Assembly: GCA_944373095.1 (NCBI GenBank)
Contig: CALWAK010000001.1
Span: 12,719-76,718, forward strand
From: an uncultured Bacilli bacterium
Lineage (GTDB): Bacteria; Bacillota_I; Bacilli_A; RF39; UBA660
Length of the DNA: 64,000 nucleotides
Reading direction: 5' to 3'
Shown piece after piece: positions 39,093 through 48,620 of the stretch. Numbering within the stretch: position 1 is the first letter of the stretch; every line of letters begins with the position of its first letter. Below the pieces are notes generated by a model. The model was given only the letters and a program-made list of their open reading frames with translations, was not told the origin of the DNA and searched no databases. The position numbers were made by a program, and so were the translations under genes.

Positions 39093-39111
39093 TTTATCAC
39101 CAACAATGAGT

Positions 39112-39140
39112 AATTATAGCATAACTAAAAAAAGATGCAA
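39112..39140 (-). terminator. Rho-independent terminator after pilin gene copy A
   Basis: Transcript AAAGAUG-ugauauug-CAUCUUU followed by UUUUUU. Confidence 0.45.
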
Positions 39141-39150
39141 TATCACATCT

Positions 39151-41091
39151 TTAATAATAAACTGTCCGAGTTTCAGTTTCACATATATCACATCCAGTTG
39201 CCGAGCAACTCTTGCTTCCATCAGTCCAACTAGTCCATGGATACCATGTATCACATCCATTACATTTACTTGCACATCTTTTATATACGTCACAACTGCC
39301 ATCTGAACATGGTGATTGTGTGCCATCTTCATACCAATGATTAGGGTTTGAAGAACCCGAGTTTGCTGCATCACAATCACTTGAAGAAAAATTGTCATTA
39401 CAAGGATATGAACTACAACCAGTTTGATTTTGAGGATCCCAACAACTTGTACACATTTGATTAGAACTATTTGAACCACATGATGTCAATGTTTCATTAG
39501 AAGTATTTGGACACATTCTAGGTACTTCACATTCAGCAGCTGAACATCTTTTTCCATCTTTACAATTTCTTGTTCGATATTGTGGTTGTGGATATACCAT
39601 TACACTACATGTACCTTTATTATTTAAATTATCGTATATTTCAAATGTATGTAATCCATCTTTTAAATTATCTTTAGTTAAAGTTAATTCTTTTACTCCA
39701 CTATGATCATCTTGTTCCTGAAATACAACTTTTAATCCATCTATATCTGTTTTTACATCATATTTTTGGTATGACGTACAATAAGGGGGAGTTGTATCAA
39801 CCAATGTATTAACTGTTTTTACACAATGAGTTGAATTACCTAAGTTATCATATATATACCAATCTACTACATCATAAACTTTTGTGCTTGTTATATCTAC
39901 TTTATAACTTGTTGTATTATCATTACAAGTTGTTTCTCCATTTTTAGTGGTACATTTGCAACCACTACCTGAGTCGGTACTACAACCATATGTATATGAA
40001 TAACTTGTTTTCCATGCTGTATTATCTTCTGGATACAAACATGTTGGTCCAGTTTTATCTATATTAGTTATTTCAAATGATGTTGATTTTGATATATTAC
40101 CAGATTTATCAATTACATACGCATAATATATACCAACATCTTCTCTTACTTTAGCCATATCCTCGCCCAAAGACGAATCAATATCTATATTAAAATCACT
40201 TTCTGTCGGCTCATAACTAGAGTTTGCAGTAACAAAAAATTTACTTATTCCCGATCCTAAACCATCACTTCCTACTAAAGTCACCTCTTTATTTCCATCA
40301 CTCCATGTTGGTGATACACTTACTTGAACAAATGGTTTTTCTTTATCTATTTTTACTTTACTTTTTTTTACTGCATTCCCACTACTTAATTTCATTGTAA
40401 ACATAAATTCATTATTTAATAATGAATCTGTACTTACTACCAATATATTGGCATATTCATTACTATTTACATCATCTAAAGTTGTTAAATCATATAATAC
40501 TTTTCCTGTTTTTTCTTTATTACCTGATGCTGTTTGCCATACTGCTGTAACCTCTTCAGGTAATTCTTCATCAACTAAACTTAAATCTGCAACTAATAAA
40601 ACATTTTTATTTGTCCAGTTAAATTCATCATTATTTCTAAATATAGATGCACCAACTGATGAACCATCTATTTCATAAGCAAACAAGTTTATATTATGAC
40701 TACTTTCCTCTAATTCAATATTACAATTCTCTTTATTTGAATCTATAGATATATCATATTCCATTCCATCTCTAGTTATATACACACAATATTCATCTAA
40801 ATATCCACCTAGAGGATTTTCTATTTTTTCAAATTCATTATTTTCTGGTATTTCTTCTAATAAATATCCCATTTCTATTAGTTTATTTACTGATACAATA
40901 TCACTATCAATATTATTTTCATTAGCATATATATATGCTTTAGATTTTATATTTTCTAACTTTGTTTCATATTCCCTTTGTCTAACTACTTCTGTTAATT
41001 TATTATAGGCAGGAACTGCCATAAATATTAGTATTGATAGTATTACTAATACTGCTAGTAATTCTACTATTGTAAAACCCTTTTTTCTCAT
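39151..41091 (-). CDS. Modular type IV pilin-like protein, copy A (646 aa): prepilin N-terminus + large C-terminal module ending in a Cys-rich domain
   Basis: MRKKG|FTIVELLAVLVILSILIFMAVPAYNK is a class III (prepilin) signal with Gly at -1, Phe at +1 and Glu at +5, plus a hydrophobic alpha1 helix. The C-terminal about 130 aa carry more than 20 Cys. RBS GGAGTG 5 nt before the ATG at 41091. Confidence 0.75.
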   Translation of the reverse strand: MRKKGFTIVELLAVLVILSILIFMAVPAYNKLTEVVRQREYETKLENIKSKAYIYANENNIDSDIVSVNKLIEMGYLLEEIPENNEFEKIENPLGGYLDEYCVYITRDGMEYDISIDSNKENCNIELEESSHNINLFAYEIDGSSVGASIFRNNDEFNWTNKNVLLVADLSLVDEELPEEVTAVWQTASGNKEKTGKVLYDLTTLDDVNSNEYANILVVSTDSLLNNEFMFTMKLSSGNAVKKSKVKIDKEKPFVQVSVSPTWSDGNKEVTLVGSDGLGSGISKFFVTANSSYEPTESDFNIDIDSSLGEDMAKVREDVGIYYAYVIDKSGNISKSTSFEITNIDKTGPTCLYPEDNTAWKTSYSYTYGCSTDSGSGCKCTTKNGETTCNDNTTSYKVDITSTKVYDVVDWYIYDNLGNSTHCVKTVNTLVDTTPPYCTSYQKYDVKTDIDGLKVVFQEQDDHSGVKELTLTKDNLKDGLHTFEIYDNLNNKGTCSVMVYPQPQYRTRNCKDGKRCSAAECEVPRMCPNTSNETLTSCGSNSSNQMCTSCWDPQNQTGCSSYPCNDNFSSSDCDAANSGSSNPNHWYEDGTQSPCSDGSCDVYKRCASKCNGCDTWYPWTSWTDGSKSCSATGCDICETETRTVYY

Positions 41092-41102
41092 ATACACTCC
41101 TT

Positions 41103-43043
41103 TTAATAATAAACCATACGAGTTTCAGTCTCGCATATATCGCATCCAGTTGCTGAGCAACTCTTGCTTCCATCAGTCCAACTAGTCCATGGATACCATG
41201 TATCACATCCATTACATTTACTTGCACATCTTTTATATACGTCACAACTGCCATCTGAACATGGTGATTGTGTGCCATCTTCATACCAATGATTAGGGTT
41301 TGAAGAACCCGAGTTTGCTGCATCACAATCACTTGAAGAAAAATTGTCATTACAAGGATATGAACTACAACCAGTTTGATTTTGAGGATCCCAACAACTT
41401 GTACACATTTGATTAGAACTATTTGAACCACATGATGTCAATGTTTCATTAGAAGTATTTGGACACATTCTAGGTACTTCACATTCAGCAGCTGAACATC
41501 TTTTTCCATCTTTACAATTTCTTGTTCGATATTGTGGTTGTGGATATACCATTACACTACATGTACCTTTATTATTTAAATTATCGTATATTTCAAATGT
41601 ATGTAATCCATCTTTTAAATTATCTTTAGTTAAAGTTAATTCTTTTACTCCACTATGATCATCTTGTTCCTGAAATACAACTTTTAATCCATCTATATCT
41701 GTTTTTACATCATATTTTTGGTATGACGTACAATAAGGGGGAGTTGTATCAACCAATGTATTAACTGTTTTTACACAATGAGTTGAATTACCTAAGTTAT
41801 CATATATATACCAATCTACTACATCATAAACTTTTGTGCTTGTTATATCTACTTTATAACTTGTTGTATTATCATTACAAGTTGTTTCTCCATTTTTAGT
41901 GGTACATTTGCAACCACTACCTGAGTCGGTACTACAACCATATGTATATGAATAACTTGTTTTCCATGCTGTATTATCTTCTGGATACAAACATGTTGGT
42001 CCAGTTTTATCTATATTAGTTATTTCAAATGATGTTGATTTTGATATATTACCAGATTTATCAATTACATACGCATAATATATACCAACATCTTCTCTTA
42101 CTTTAGCCATATCCTCGCCCAAAGACGAATCAATATCTATATTAAAATCACTTTCTGTCGGCTCATAACTAGAGTTTGCAGTAACAAAAAATTTACTTAT
42201 TCCCGATCCTAAACCATCACTTCCTACTAAAGTCACCTCTTTATTTCCATCACTCCATGTTGGTGATACACTTACTTGAACAAATGGTTTTTCTTTATCT
42301 ATTTTTACTTTACTTTTTTTTACTGCATTCCCACTACTTAATTTCATTGTAAACATAAATTCATTATTTAATAATGAATCTGTACTTACTACCAATATAT
42401 TGGCATATTCATTACTATTTACATCATCTAAAGTTGTTAAATCATATAATACTTTTCCTGTTTTTTCTTTATTACCTGATGCTGTTTGCCATACTGCTGT
42501 AACCTCTTCAGGTAATTCTTCATCAACTAAACTTAAATCTGCAACTAATAAAACATTTTTATTTGTCCAGTTAAATTCATCATTATTTCTAAATATAGAT
42601 GCACCAACTGATGAACCATCTATTTCATAAGCAAACAAGTTTATATTATGACTACTTTCCTCTAATTCAATATTACAATTCTCTTTATTTGAATCTATAG
42701 ATATATCATATTCCATTCCATCTCTAGTTATATACACACAATATTCATCTAAATATCCACCTAGAGGATTTTCTATTTTTTCAAATTCATTATTTTCTGG
42801 TATTTCTTCTAATAAATATCCCATTTCTATTAGTTTATTTACTGATACAATATCACTATCAATATTGTTTTCATTAGCATATATATATGCTTTAGATTTT
42901 ATATTTTCTAACTTTGTTTCATATTCTCTTTGTCTAACTACTTCTGTTACTTTATTATAGGCAGGAACTGCCATAAATATTAGTATTAATAGTATTACTA
43001 ATACTGCTAGTAATTCTACGATTGTAAAACCTTTTTTATTCAT
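41103..43043 (-). CDS. Modular type IV pilin-like protein, copy B (646 aa)
   Basis: MNKKG|FTIVELLAVLVILLILIFMAVPAYNK. Differs from copy A by only a handful of residues (leader R/N, S/L, L/V, T/M near the C-terminus). Start set at the ATG at 43043. Confidence 0.75.
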   Translation of the reverse strand: MNKKGFTIVELLAVLVILLILIFMAVPAYNKVTEVVRQREYETKLENIKSKAYIYANENNIDSDIVSVNKLIEMGYLLEEIPENNEFEKIENPLGGYLDEYCVYITRDGMEYDISIDSNKENCNIELEESSHNINLFAYEIDGSSVGASIFRNNDEFNWTNKNVLLVADLSLVDEELPEEVTAVWQTASGNKEKTGKVLYDLTTLDDVNSNEYANILVVSTDSLLNNEFMFTMKLSSGNAVKKSKVKIDKEKPFVQVSVSPTWSDGNKEVTLVGSDGLGSGISKFFVTANSSYEPTESDFNIDIDSSLGEDMAKVREDVGIYYAYVIDKSGNISKSTSFEITNIDKTGPTCLYPEDNTAWKTSYSYTYGCSTDSGSGCKCTTKNGETTCNDNTTSYKVDITSTKVYDVVDWYIYDNLGNSTHCVKTVNTLVDTTPPYCTSYQKYDVKTDIDGLKVVFQEQDDHSGVKELTLTKDNLKDGLHTFEIYDNLNNKGTCSVMVYPQPQYRTRNCKDGKRCSAAECEVPRMCPNTSNETLTSCGSNSSNQMCTSCWDPQNQTGCSSYPCNDNFSSSDCDAANSGSSNPNHWYEDGTQSPCSDGSCDVYKRCASKCNGCDTWYPWTSWTDGSKSCSATGCDICETETRMVYY

Positions 43044-43077
43044 CTCTACCATCCTAAAAAGATTATAGCAAATAATA

Positions 43078-43110
43078 AAAAAAATGTATACTATTTTACT
43101 TCGTATACAC
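43078..43110 (-). terminator. Rho-independent terminator overlapping the rpmA stop, followed by a promoter for pilin copy B
   Basis: Transcript UGUAUAC-gaaguaaaaua-GUAUACA + U8; then TATACA-N17-TATAAT and AGGA before the pilin ATG. Confidence 0.45.
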
Positions 43111-43378
43111 TTACTTTTTTCCTATCTTTTCCAAGACGTTCAAATCTTACAGTACCACTTATTAAGGCAAATAATGTATGATCTTTACCCATTCCAACAT
43201 TTACTCCTGGATAAATCTTAGTTCCTCTTTGACGATAAAGAATACTACCAGCTGAAACGATTTCTCCATCAGCAGCTTTAGCACCTAATCTACGTCCTGC
43301 AGAATCTCTACCATTTTGAGTAGAACCCTGAGCTTTAACATGAGCAAATAATTGGATATTCAATTTCAAAAAGTTCAT
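43091..43378 (-). CDS. rpmA: 50S ribosomal protein L27 with a Firmicutes-type cleavable N-terminal extension
   Basis: [34 protein letters not shown]... The L-x-L-x-F-A motif precedes the conserved GSTxNGRDS core. Confidence 0.92.
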   Translation of the reverse strand: MNFLKLNIQLFAHVKAQGSTQNGRDSAGRRLGAKAADGEIVSAGSILYRQRGTKIYPGVNVGMGKDHTLFALISGTVRFERLGKDRKKVSVYEVK

Positions 43379-43686
43379 CTTAATCCTCCTATTTTAATGT
43401 TCTTAGGATAAGTTTCTTCTAGCTCTTTTAACATATTTAACATATTATTAATAAGTTTTATAGCTATTTCACTATCCTCTTTAATGGTAATATTTAATAT
43501 TCCATCAGTTGTATCATAATAACAAGCTTTACTATCTAAAGTAATTATTGCATTTACTGTTGTAGTAACAATACTACTAACAGCAGCACAAACAATATCT
43601 TTACCATAATCATCATATAATGCATGACCTTTAAAACTCACTTTAGATATTTTGTCATTTTCATAAAATACGTTTACTTTAATCAT
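43375..43686 (-). CDS. prp: Ribosomal-processing cysteine protease Prp (YsxB/DUF464)
   Basis: GHA...[13 protein letters not shown] motif, about 103 aa, located between rplU and rpmA. Confidence 0.8.
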   Translation of the reverse strand: MIKVNVFYENDKISKVSFKGHALYDDYGKDIVCAAVSSIVTTTVNAIITLDSKACYYDTTDGILNITIKEDSEIAIKLINNMLNMLKELEETYPKNIKIGGLR

Positions 43687-43687
43687 A

Positions 43688-43990
43688 CTACTTAATGTTA
43701 ATAGCTTTAATAACTAACTTAGTATATGGTTGTCTATGACCTTGTTTCTTACGATATTTTTTCTTAGGTTTATACTTAAATACAGTGATTTTTTTACCTT
43801 TGCCTTGTTTTTCAACTTTAGCAACAACTGTAGCATTTTTTACAGTAGGATTACCTACTACATCTCCAGCCATTAATACTTCATCAAAAGTAACTTCACT
43901 ACCTACTGATGCATCTAGTTTTTCAACATAAATAACATCGCCACAAGAAACATAATATTGTTTTCCACCAGTGACAAATATAGCTTTCAT
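43688..43990 (-). CDS. rplU: 50S ribosomal protein L21
   Basis: [14 protein letters not shown]... Start at the ATG at 43990 with RBS AAGGAGGG 5 nt upstream; the track start at 44008 is upstream of the RBS. Confidence 0.88.
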   Translation of the reverse strand: MKAIFVTGGKQYYVSCGDVIYVEKLDASVGSEVTFDEVLMAGDVVGNPTVKNATVVAKVEKQGKGKKITVFKYKPKKKYRKKQGHRQPYTKLVIKAINIK

Positions 43991-44306
43991 ATTTTCCCTC
44001 CTTAACATAAGACACGCCTTTAAGGTGACCTAAAGTTCTTTTTTACCTTTTTAGTGCGGTTTTAAAGAAAGCCCTTAAAACGCTTTAATTCTATCAAGAA
44101 TTTTAAAATATGTCAAACAATTTATACTAATTATAGTATAAAATTAATTTTTTTATAAAAAAATTATACAACTAAGAAAGAAAATTAAACTAAATTTTTT
44201 TAATTTTACTAAAATAGTTATATAAGTTTTATTTTAAATATTTATTAAAAGAAAAATTTAGCTTTATTTAAATTTTAAAGCATAATTATTTTTGTTTTAA
44301 ATTTAA

Positions 44307-47300
44307 TTAGCAACCACCGCCGCCACTTGAGCCTCCATCATCTGTTTCAATTTCATCTTTCCATATTGCTGTTAATGTGATAGTACCACCGTCTTCCGAA
44401 ACTATGTTTTTTAAATTAGCTAAATTTTCATGGGGAGTACCATTACTATCTAGCCATCCAGCAAACGTTGTGTTAGCTTTCGTAAATTGATTTTCAGGAA
44501 GATAACAATCTTGATCATATACACAAGTTCTAGATTCCATAAAACCTTTACCTGTACCTGAACTAAACAAAATTGTAAATTTATTTGGAGCAGCTACTAA
44601 ATTTATTGAAGCATCACCCTCAAGCAATCGAATTTTCAAAAAAGAAATATTGTCAACATTTATTTTTTCAATTGGTCCAAATGAAGTAAAGCCTGAATAA
44701 TGATATCCTATTTTAGCATTTATTTCAGATATTTCAATATTTGTAAAGTAAGGAATAATTTCATTGTAATAAGTTTGTTGACTTAAAATTGGATTATTTC
44801 CAACTTTTACATTAAAAGACGCTATATTTTGATCAGTCTCTATCTTAAAATTATATTTTTCATTTGTCCAATGAGCATATAATGTTTGATTACCAGGAGT
44901 TTTATAAATTGTACTATTACTTATTAAATCTCCACCTTCTTTTTCAGTATACCAGCCTATAAAAATATATTCATCCTTCGTAGGAATAGGCAAATAACCA
45001 TAATTATTTCCAAACAAGACATTAATATTTTGCGTATCAATTAATCCACCATTAGCATCAAAATATACAATGTACTCATTAGATTTCCAATGAGCATATA
45101 AAGTATGAGTTTTATTTTCAATAACAACAGATTCAGATGTAATTTTGTTGCCACTAGTAAATTTAGTATACCAGCCATCAAATTCATATCCAATTCGAAA
45201 TGGAATTGGTAAATCTCCATAAGTTTTTGTGTATGTTACTTGTTTACTTTGAGGATTAACAGTTCCACCTGTTGCATCAAAATTAACAGAATAATTTGCT
45301 AATCTCCAATGAGCATAAATTGTTTGACTTTCAGTTAAAGTAACAATGTCATTTTCATCAATTCTAGTTCCGCCTTCTCTTTTAGTATACCAGCCATCAA
45401 ACTCATAACCATCTCTTGTTGCAGTTGGTAAAACCCCATATTTAGAATTATGTAGAACCCAAATTGTTTTAAAGTCTAAATTAACATTATCAGCATTTCC
45501 ATCAAAAGTTAGTTCAAAATAATTGTCCAAAGTTCCATTTATTTTAGTAATTTTAATAAATCCATTTCCTTCTTTTGCTGAATAACTAATTGGTTCATAC
45601 TCTCCATCATCAACCCTATAAATATTGTTGGTCGATATTGTATAAGTATCTGTTGATTCACTACTTTGGCAATTATAGCAATACATTTTTTTATCGTATA
45701 GGCTATTATTTACATAGCCCGAGCCACCTGTTCCAATTTTAAGAGTGCTTGCTCTACCGCCATAATATCCACCTCCTGAGCCTGAATAATTATTTCCAGA
45801 TTCACCTTGGCCAAATGAAAATCCATTAGACTGGGTCCCCCCATTATCACTAGAAGTTGCCCCACTACCAATGTATCCTCCTCCTGAACCACCATTTTTC
45901 CCATCGTTACCGGTCACTATAGCTCCGCCGCCACCACCAGCAACTAATATTATAGAAGATTTATTAGATTCTAAACCACTTAAAACTCCATTAATAGTGG
46001 CAATATGGCTAGCTCCGCCGCCACCAGCGCATAAATTATTATCAGTGCAATTTGCACCGCCGCCACCGTTAAAACTTGTGGATATAGTAGTAGAATTATT
46101 AAAATTATCACTACCTTTTTCTCCTACAGCCAAATATAAATAAGTATTATATGAAATATCTAACATACCGATACTATAGCCACCATAGCCACCACTATAA
46201 GTTGTATTATTTTTAGAAACTGAACCTCCTTGTGCTCCCCATGCTTCTAATTTATAGCTACCTGGTGCCGTTATTAATAAACGCTCTACTGTACCCGTAT
46301 AAGGATAATAAAAAACCTCATTTGTCCAAAAAGCATATAATGTCATATTTTTATTAATAGTTTCATTCTCATTTGGCCTACCTAATCTATCAAAATATCT
46401 TGTTCCTGTCCCATTAGGACTACTAAAATAGCCTAAAAAAGTGTAATTTTCACGTTTTGGTGGTGCAATAGTAAATAGATTTTGGCCAGCAGTTAAACTA
46501 ATATATGTTTTTGCAACATCATTTCCATTATCAAAAGTAATATTAATTTTCTCATAACTTTCTAAAAGTTCATAAGATATTGTACCTTCAAAATAATTTA
46601 TTTTATAACGATTATTTATTGTTCCATCAGAATTTAATTTTGTACCATCAAAATATTCTTTTGCTTCATCTAAATTCCATGAATTTGCATTAATTATATC
46701 TGTTACATCAGTAAATAATAATTCATCAATTAAAATATATGCACCAGAAATATTTGTATTAGATTCGATACTAAAATCTACTACATTAAAGTTATCAGTA
46801 ACTTCAATTTTAAAAACAATGGAATCCTGATACCAATCAGAATATCCACCATTAAGATTGATACTATTATTACCATCAACATAGCAGCCACTGCTACAAG
46901 TAATATTAATTTTATTATCGCCATTTGTTGACTGATTTCTTAAAATTTTTGAACTAACATAAATATAATGAGTTCCAACACTTAAATTTTCTAATTTTTG
47001 TAAAATATTACGACTTACATTTTTTTTGCCAACTTCATAATTATATGTATTACTTTGAGTTCCATTTTGATATATCTCAGAATAATTATAAGTTCCTAAC
47101 ATTAAAGCATAGTCTCCAGAATATCTAACATTTTTTATATAGCGATAAGCATAATCTCTATCATTATTCCAATTTTCAATAGTAGAATCTAGTTTATAAT
47201 CTTTTGAACCATTATAATGAATCTCTACTAAATAATCAGTATCATAAATTGCTGAACTAGGATTAGATGGATATTCAAAGCCACTATTTTTCAAATAATT

Positions 47301-47480
47301 AGTTATCTTAAAATATTTAGATTCAATTAGATTATTTAAAGAATTTGTAACATCTCTATTACTGCTAAAAATAATACCTTGATAGTATGCATAAGTTCCT
47401 ATTATTGCTGCAATTAATGCTATGAAAACTATAATAAAAGAATATATTAGTGAAGAAGAAACAAACCCTTTTTTATTCAT
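44307..47480 (-). CDS. Large surface protein (1057 aa) with a prepilin-like MNKKGF leader (non-canonical, Ser at +5), a Gly-rich region and five or more Listeria-Bacteroides (Flg_new) repeats
   Basis: N-terminus MNKKGFVSSSLIYSFIIVFIALIAAIIG. Repeats such as GYEFDGWYTKREGGTRIDENDIVTLTESQTIYAHW, GYEFDGWYTKFTSG...HTLYAHW, YIFIGWYTEKEGG...QTLYAHW, YTFLGYFSSPNGTG...TLYAFW and TFAGWLDSNGT...TLTAIW. Ends ...GGSSGGGGC. Confidence 0.7.
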   Translation of the reverse strand: MNKKGFVSSSLIYSFIIVFIALIAAIIGTYAYYQGIIFSSNRDVTNSLNNLIESKYFKITNYLKNSGFEYPSNPSSAIYDTDYLVEIHYNGSKDYKLDSTIENWNNDRDYAYRYIKNVRYSGDYALMLGTYNYSEIYQNGTQSNTYNYEVGKKNVSRNILQKLENLSVGTHYIYVSSKILRNQSTNGDNKINITCSSGCYVDGNNSINLNGGYSDWYQDSIVFKIEVTDNFNVVDFSIESNTNISGAYILIDELLFTDVTDIINANSWNLDEAKEYFDGTKLNSDGTINNRYKINYFEGTISYELLESYEKINITFDNGNDVAKTYISLTAGQNLFTIAPPKRENYTFLGYFSSPNGTGTRYFDRLGRPNENETINKNMTLYAFWTNEVFYYPYTGTVERLLITAPGSYKLEAWGAQGGSVSKNNTTYSGGYGGYSIGMLDISYNTYLYLAVGEKGSDNFNNSTTISTSFNGGGGANCTDNNLCAGGGGASHIATINGVLSGLESNKSSIILVAGGGGGAIVTGNDGKNGGSGGGYIGSGATSSDNGGTQSNGFSFGQGESGNNYSGSGGGYYGGRASTLKIGTGGSGYVNNSLYDKKMYCYNCQSSESTDTYTISTNNIYRVDDGEYEPISYSAKEGNGFIKITKINGTLDNYFELTFDGNADNVNLDFKTIWVLHNSKYGVLPTATRDGYEFDGWYTKREGGTRIDENDIVTLTESQTIYAHWRLANYSVNFDATGGTVNPQSKQVTYTKTYGDLPIPFRIGYEFDGWYTKFTSGNKITSESVVIENKTHTLYAHWKSNEYIVYFDANGGLIDTQNINVLFGNNYGYLPIPTKDEYIFIGWYTEKEGGDLISNSTIYKTPGNQTLYAHWTNEKYNFKIETDQNIASFNVKVGNNPILSQQTYYNEIIPYFTNIEISEINAKIGYHYSGFTSFGPIEKINVDNISFLKIRLLEGDASINLVAAPNKFTILFSSGTGKGFMESRTCVYDQDCYLPENQFTKANTTFAGWLDSNGTPHENLANLKNIVSEDGGTITLTAIWKDEIETDDGGSSGGGGC

Positions 47481-47638
47481 AAAAACATCTACCTTTACTA
47501 AAGTGATTATAACATGAATAAAAGAGATTGTAAATTGATGATTAATAAAATAATTTTCTTCTTAACAATTTTTCATATAATCAAAATGATTATGCTATTT
47601 TTGATATATAATTAATAATTCAATTCTATTTTTAACAA

Positions 47639-48412
47639 TTAAATAGTTCTTTTTTTAGAATAGTATAAATAATAATCGTTTATTAATTGTTCAGTTGTAA
47701 TTTTATATTTTATTGTCATTTCCTGATTAGGCAAACGATATAATTCATGAAAAAAGCCTTTTTCATCTACCAAATTTATGCCAAAACTTTCTAAAAAATT
47801 TGTTTTAGCAACTAATTCTTGTATCGAAATACAAGCTAATATATTTCTATTAATATAAGCGTCTATATTTTTACTCTTGCAAAAATTTATTATAAAATTT
47901 CTATTTACTTTAGTATTCCATATCATTCCTATGTTAATTAATTTTTGACCTTGATAACTTGTAGGACTTATTTTTTCTCTTTGTTTAGTTATCCATCTTC
48001 CTAACAAAATTTTTCCATTTGGACTATATTCATAACCATTATCAGTTTTAAAACTTACAGGCACTTCTAAATTTTTATGAAATTTATAATATATACAAGC
48101 ATATTTATAAAAATCATCCCAACTAAGAACCTTGCGATTAAAGCGCATACCTATCTTTAATAAATCCTTCCCAAACTCACTATTTGGATCAATAGTACTT
48201 CTTTTACTAGCTATCCAAACTCCTAAATTATATTTTCCATTCTCATTTTCTTCATATCCATTATCAGTTTTAAAATCTATAGGAACCTCTAAGTTTCCAT
48301 AATATTCATAATACTTACAAGCAAGATTATACATTATACGTTTATAACGTTCTCTTTTAGATAAATCATTATTATTTTCTAATACATTTTCTATATTGAT
48401 TACTTCTAACAT
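47639..48412 (-). CDS. Protein with two helicase-associated (HA) domain repeats
   Basis: Tandem YYEYYGNLEVPIDFKTDNGYE...LGVWIASKR and YYKFHKNLEVPVSFKTDNGYE...LGRWITKQR. Confidence 0.5.
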   Translation of the reverse strand: MLEVINIENVLENNNDLSKRERYKRIMYNLACKYYEYYGNLEVPIDFKTDNGYEENENGKYNLGVWIASKRSTIDPNSEFGKDLLKIGMRFNRKVLSWDDFYKYACIYYKFHKNLEVPVSFKTDNGYEYSPNGKILLGRWITKQREKISPTSYQGQKLINIGMIWNTKVNRNFIINFCKSKNIDAYINRNILACISIQELVAKTNFLESFGINLVDEKGFFHELYRLPNQEMTIKYKITTEQLINDYYLYYSKKRTI

Positions 48413-48564
48413 TTAATATTTCCCCCTCAAATTCATAGGATGGTATTATACATCAATTTTTAATATTAGTATATAAAAAATTATGTATATTATTTAAAAT
48501 ATTTAGCATAATAATAATGTAGATGAAATATATCTACAATAAATCATATGATTTATAAGTGCTT

Positions 48565-48615
48565 ATGCACTAAAAAAGTAACCACTCCAATACTAGATGG
48601 TGTTAATATGTGGTT
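48565..48615 (-). terminator. Hairpin plus U-tract downstream of 48621..49145
   Basis: Transcript AGUAACCAC...(long loop)...GUGGUUACU + UUUUUU, followed by a second small palindrome AGUGCAUAAGCACU. Confidence 0.3.
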
Positions 48616-48620
48616 ACTTT

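Larger units (their letters stand above)
39140..43055. repeat. Tandem direct duplication: two about 1952-bp units, nearly identical in sequence, each carrying one pilin gene
   Basis: Identical internal ORF artefacts recur at a +1952 offset (39114..39479 vs 41003..41431; 40448..40678 vs 42400..42630). The encoded proteins are identical apart from their termini. Confidence 0.85.

Noticed and set aside
39114-39479. 121-aa and 142-aa minus-strand ORFs (39114..39479, 41003..41431) and 76-aa plus-strand ORFs (40448..40678, 42400..42630) that recur identically
   Set aside because: They are alternative-frame artefacts lying inside the two pilin gene copies. Their repetition reflects the 1952-bp tandem duplication. 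No RBS, and the sequences are low-complexity.
44009-44306. Possible L21 ribosomal-protein leader RNA upstream of rplU
   Set aside because: The AT-rich region has no convincing conserved stem structure visible by eye. It cannot be supported without a covariance-model scan, so it is not listed as a feature.
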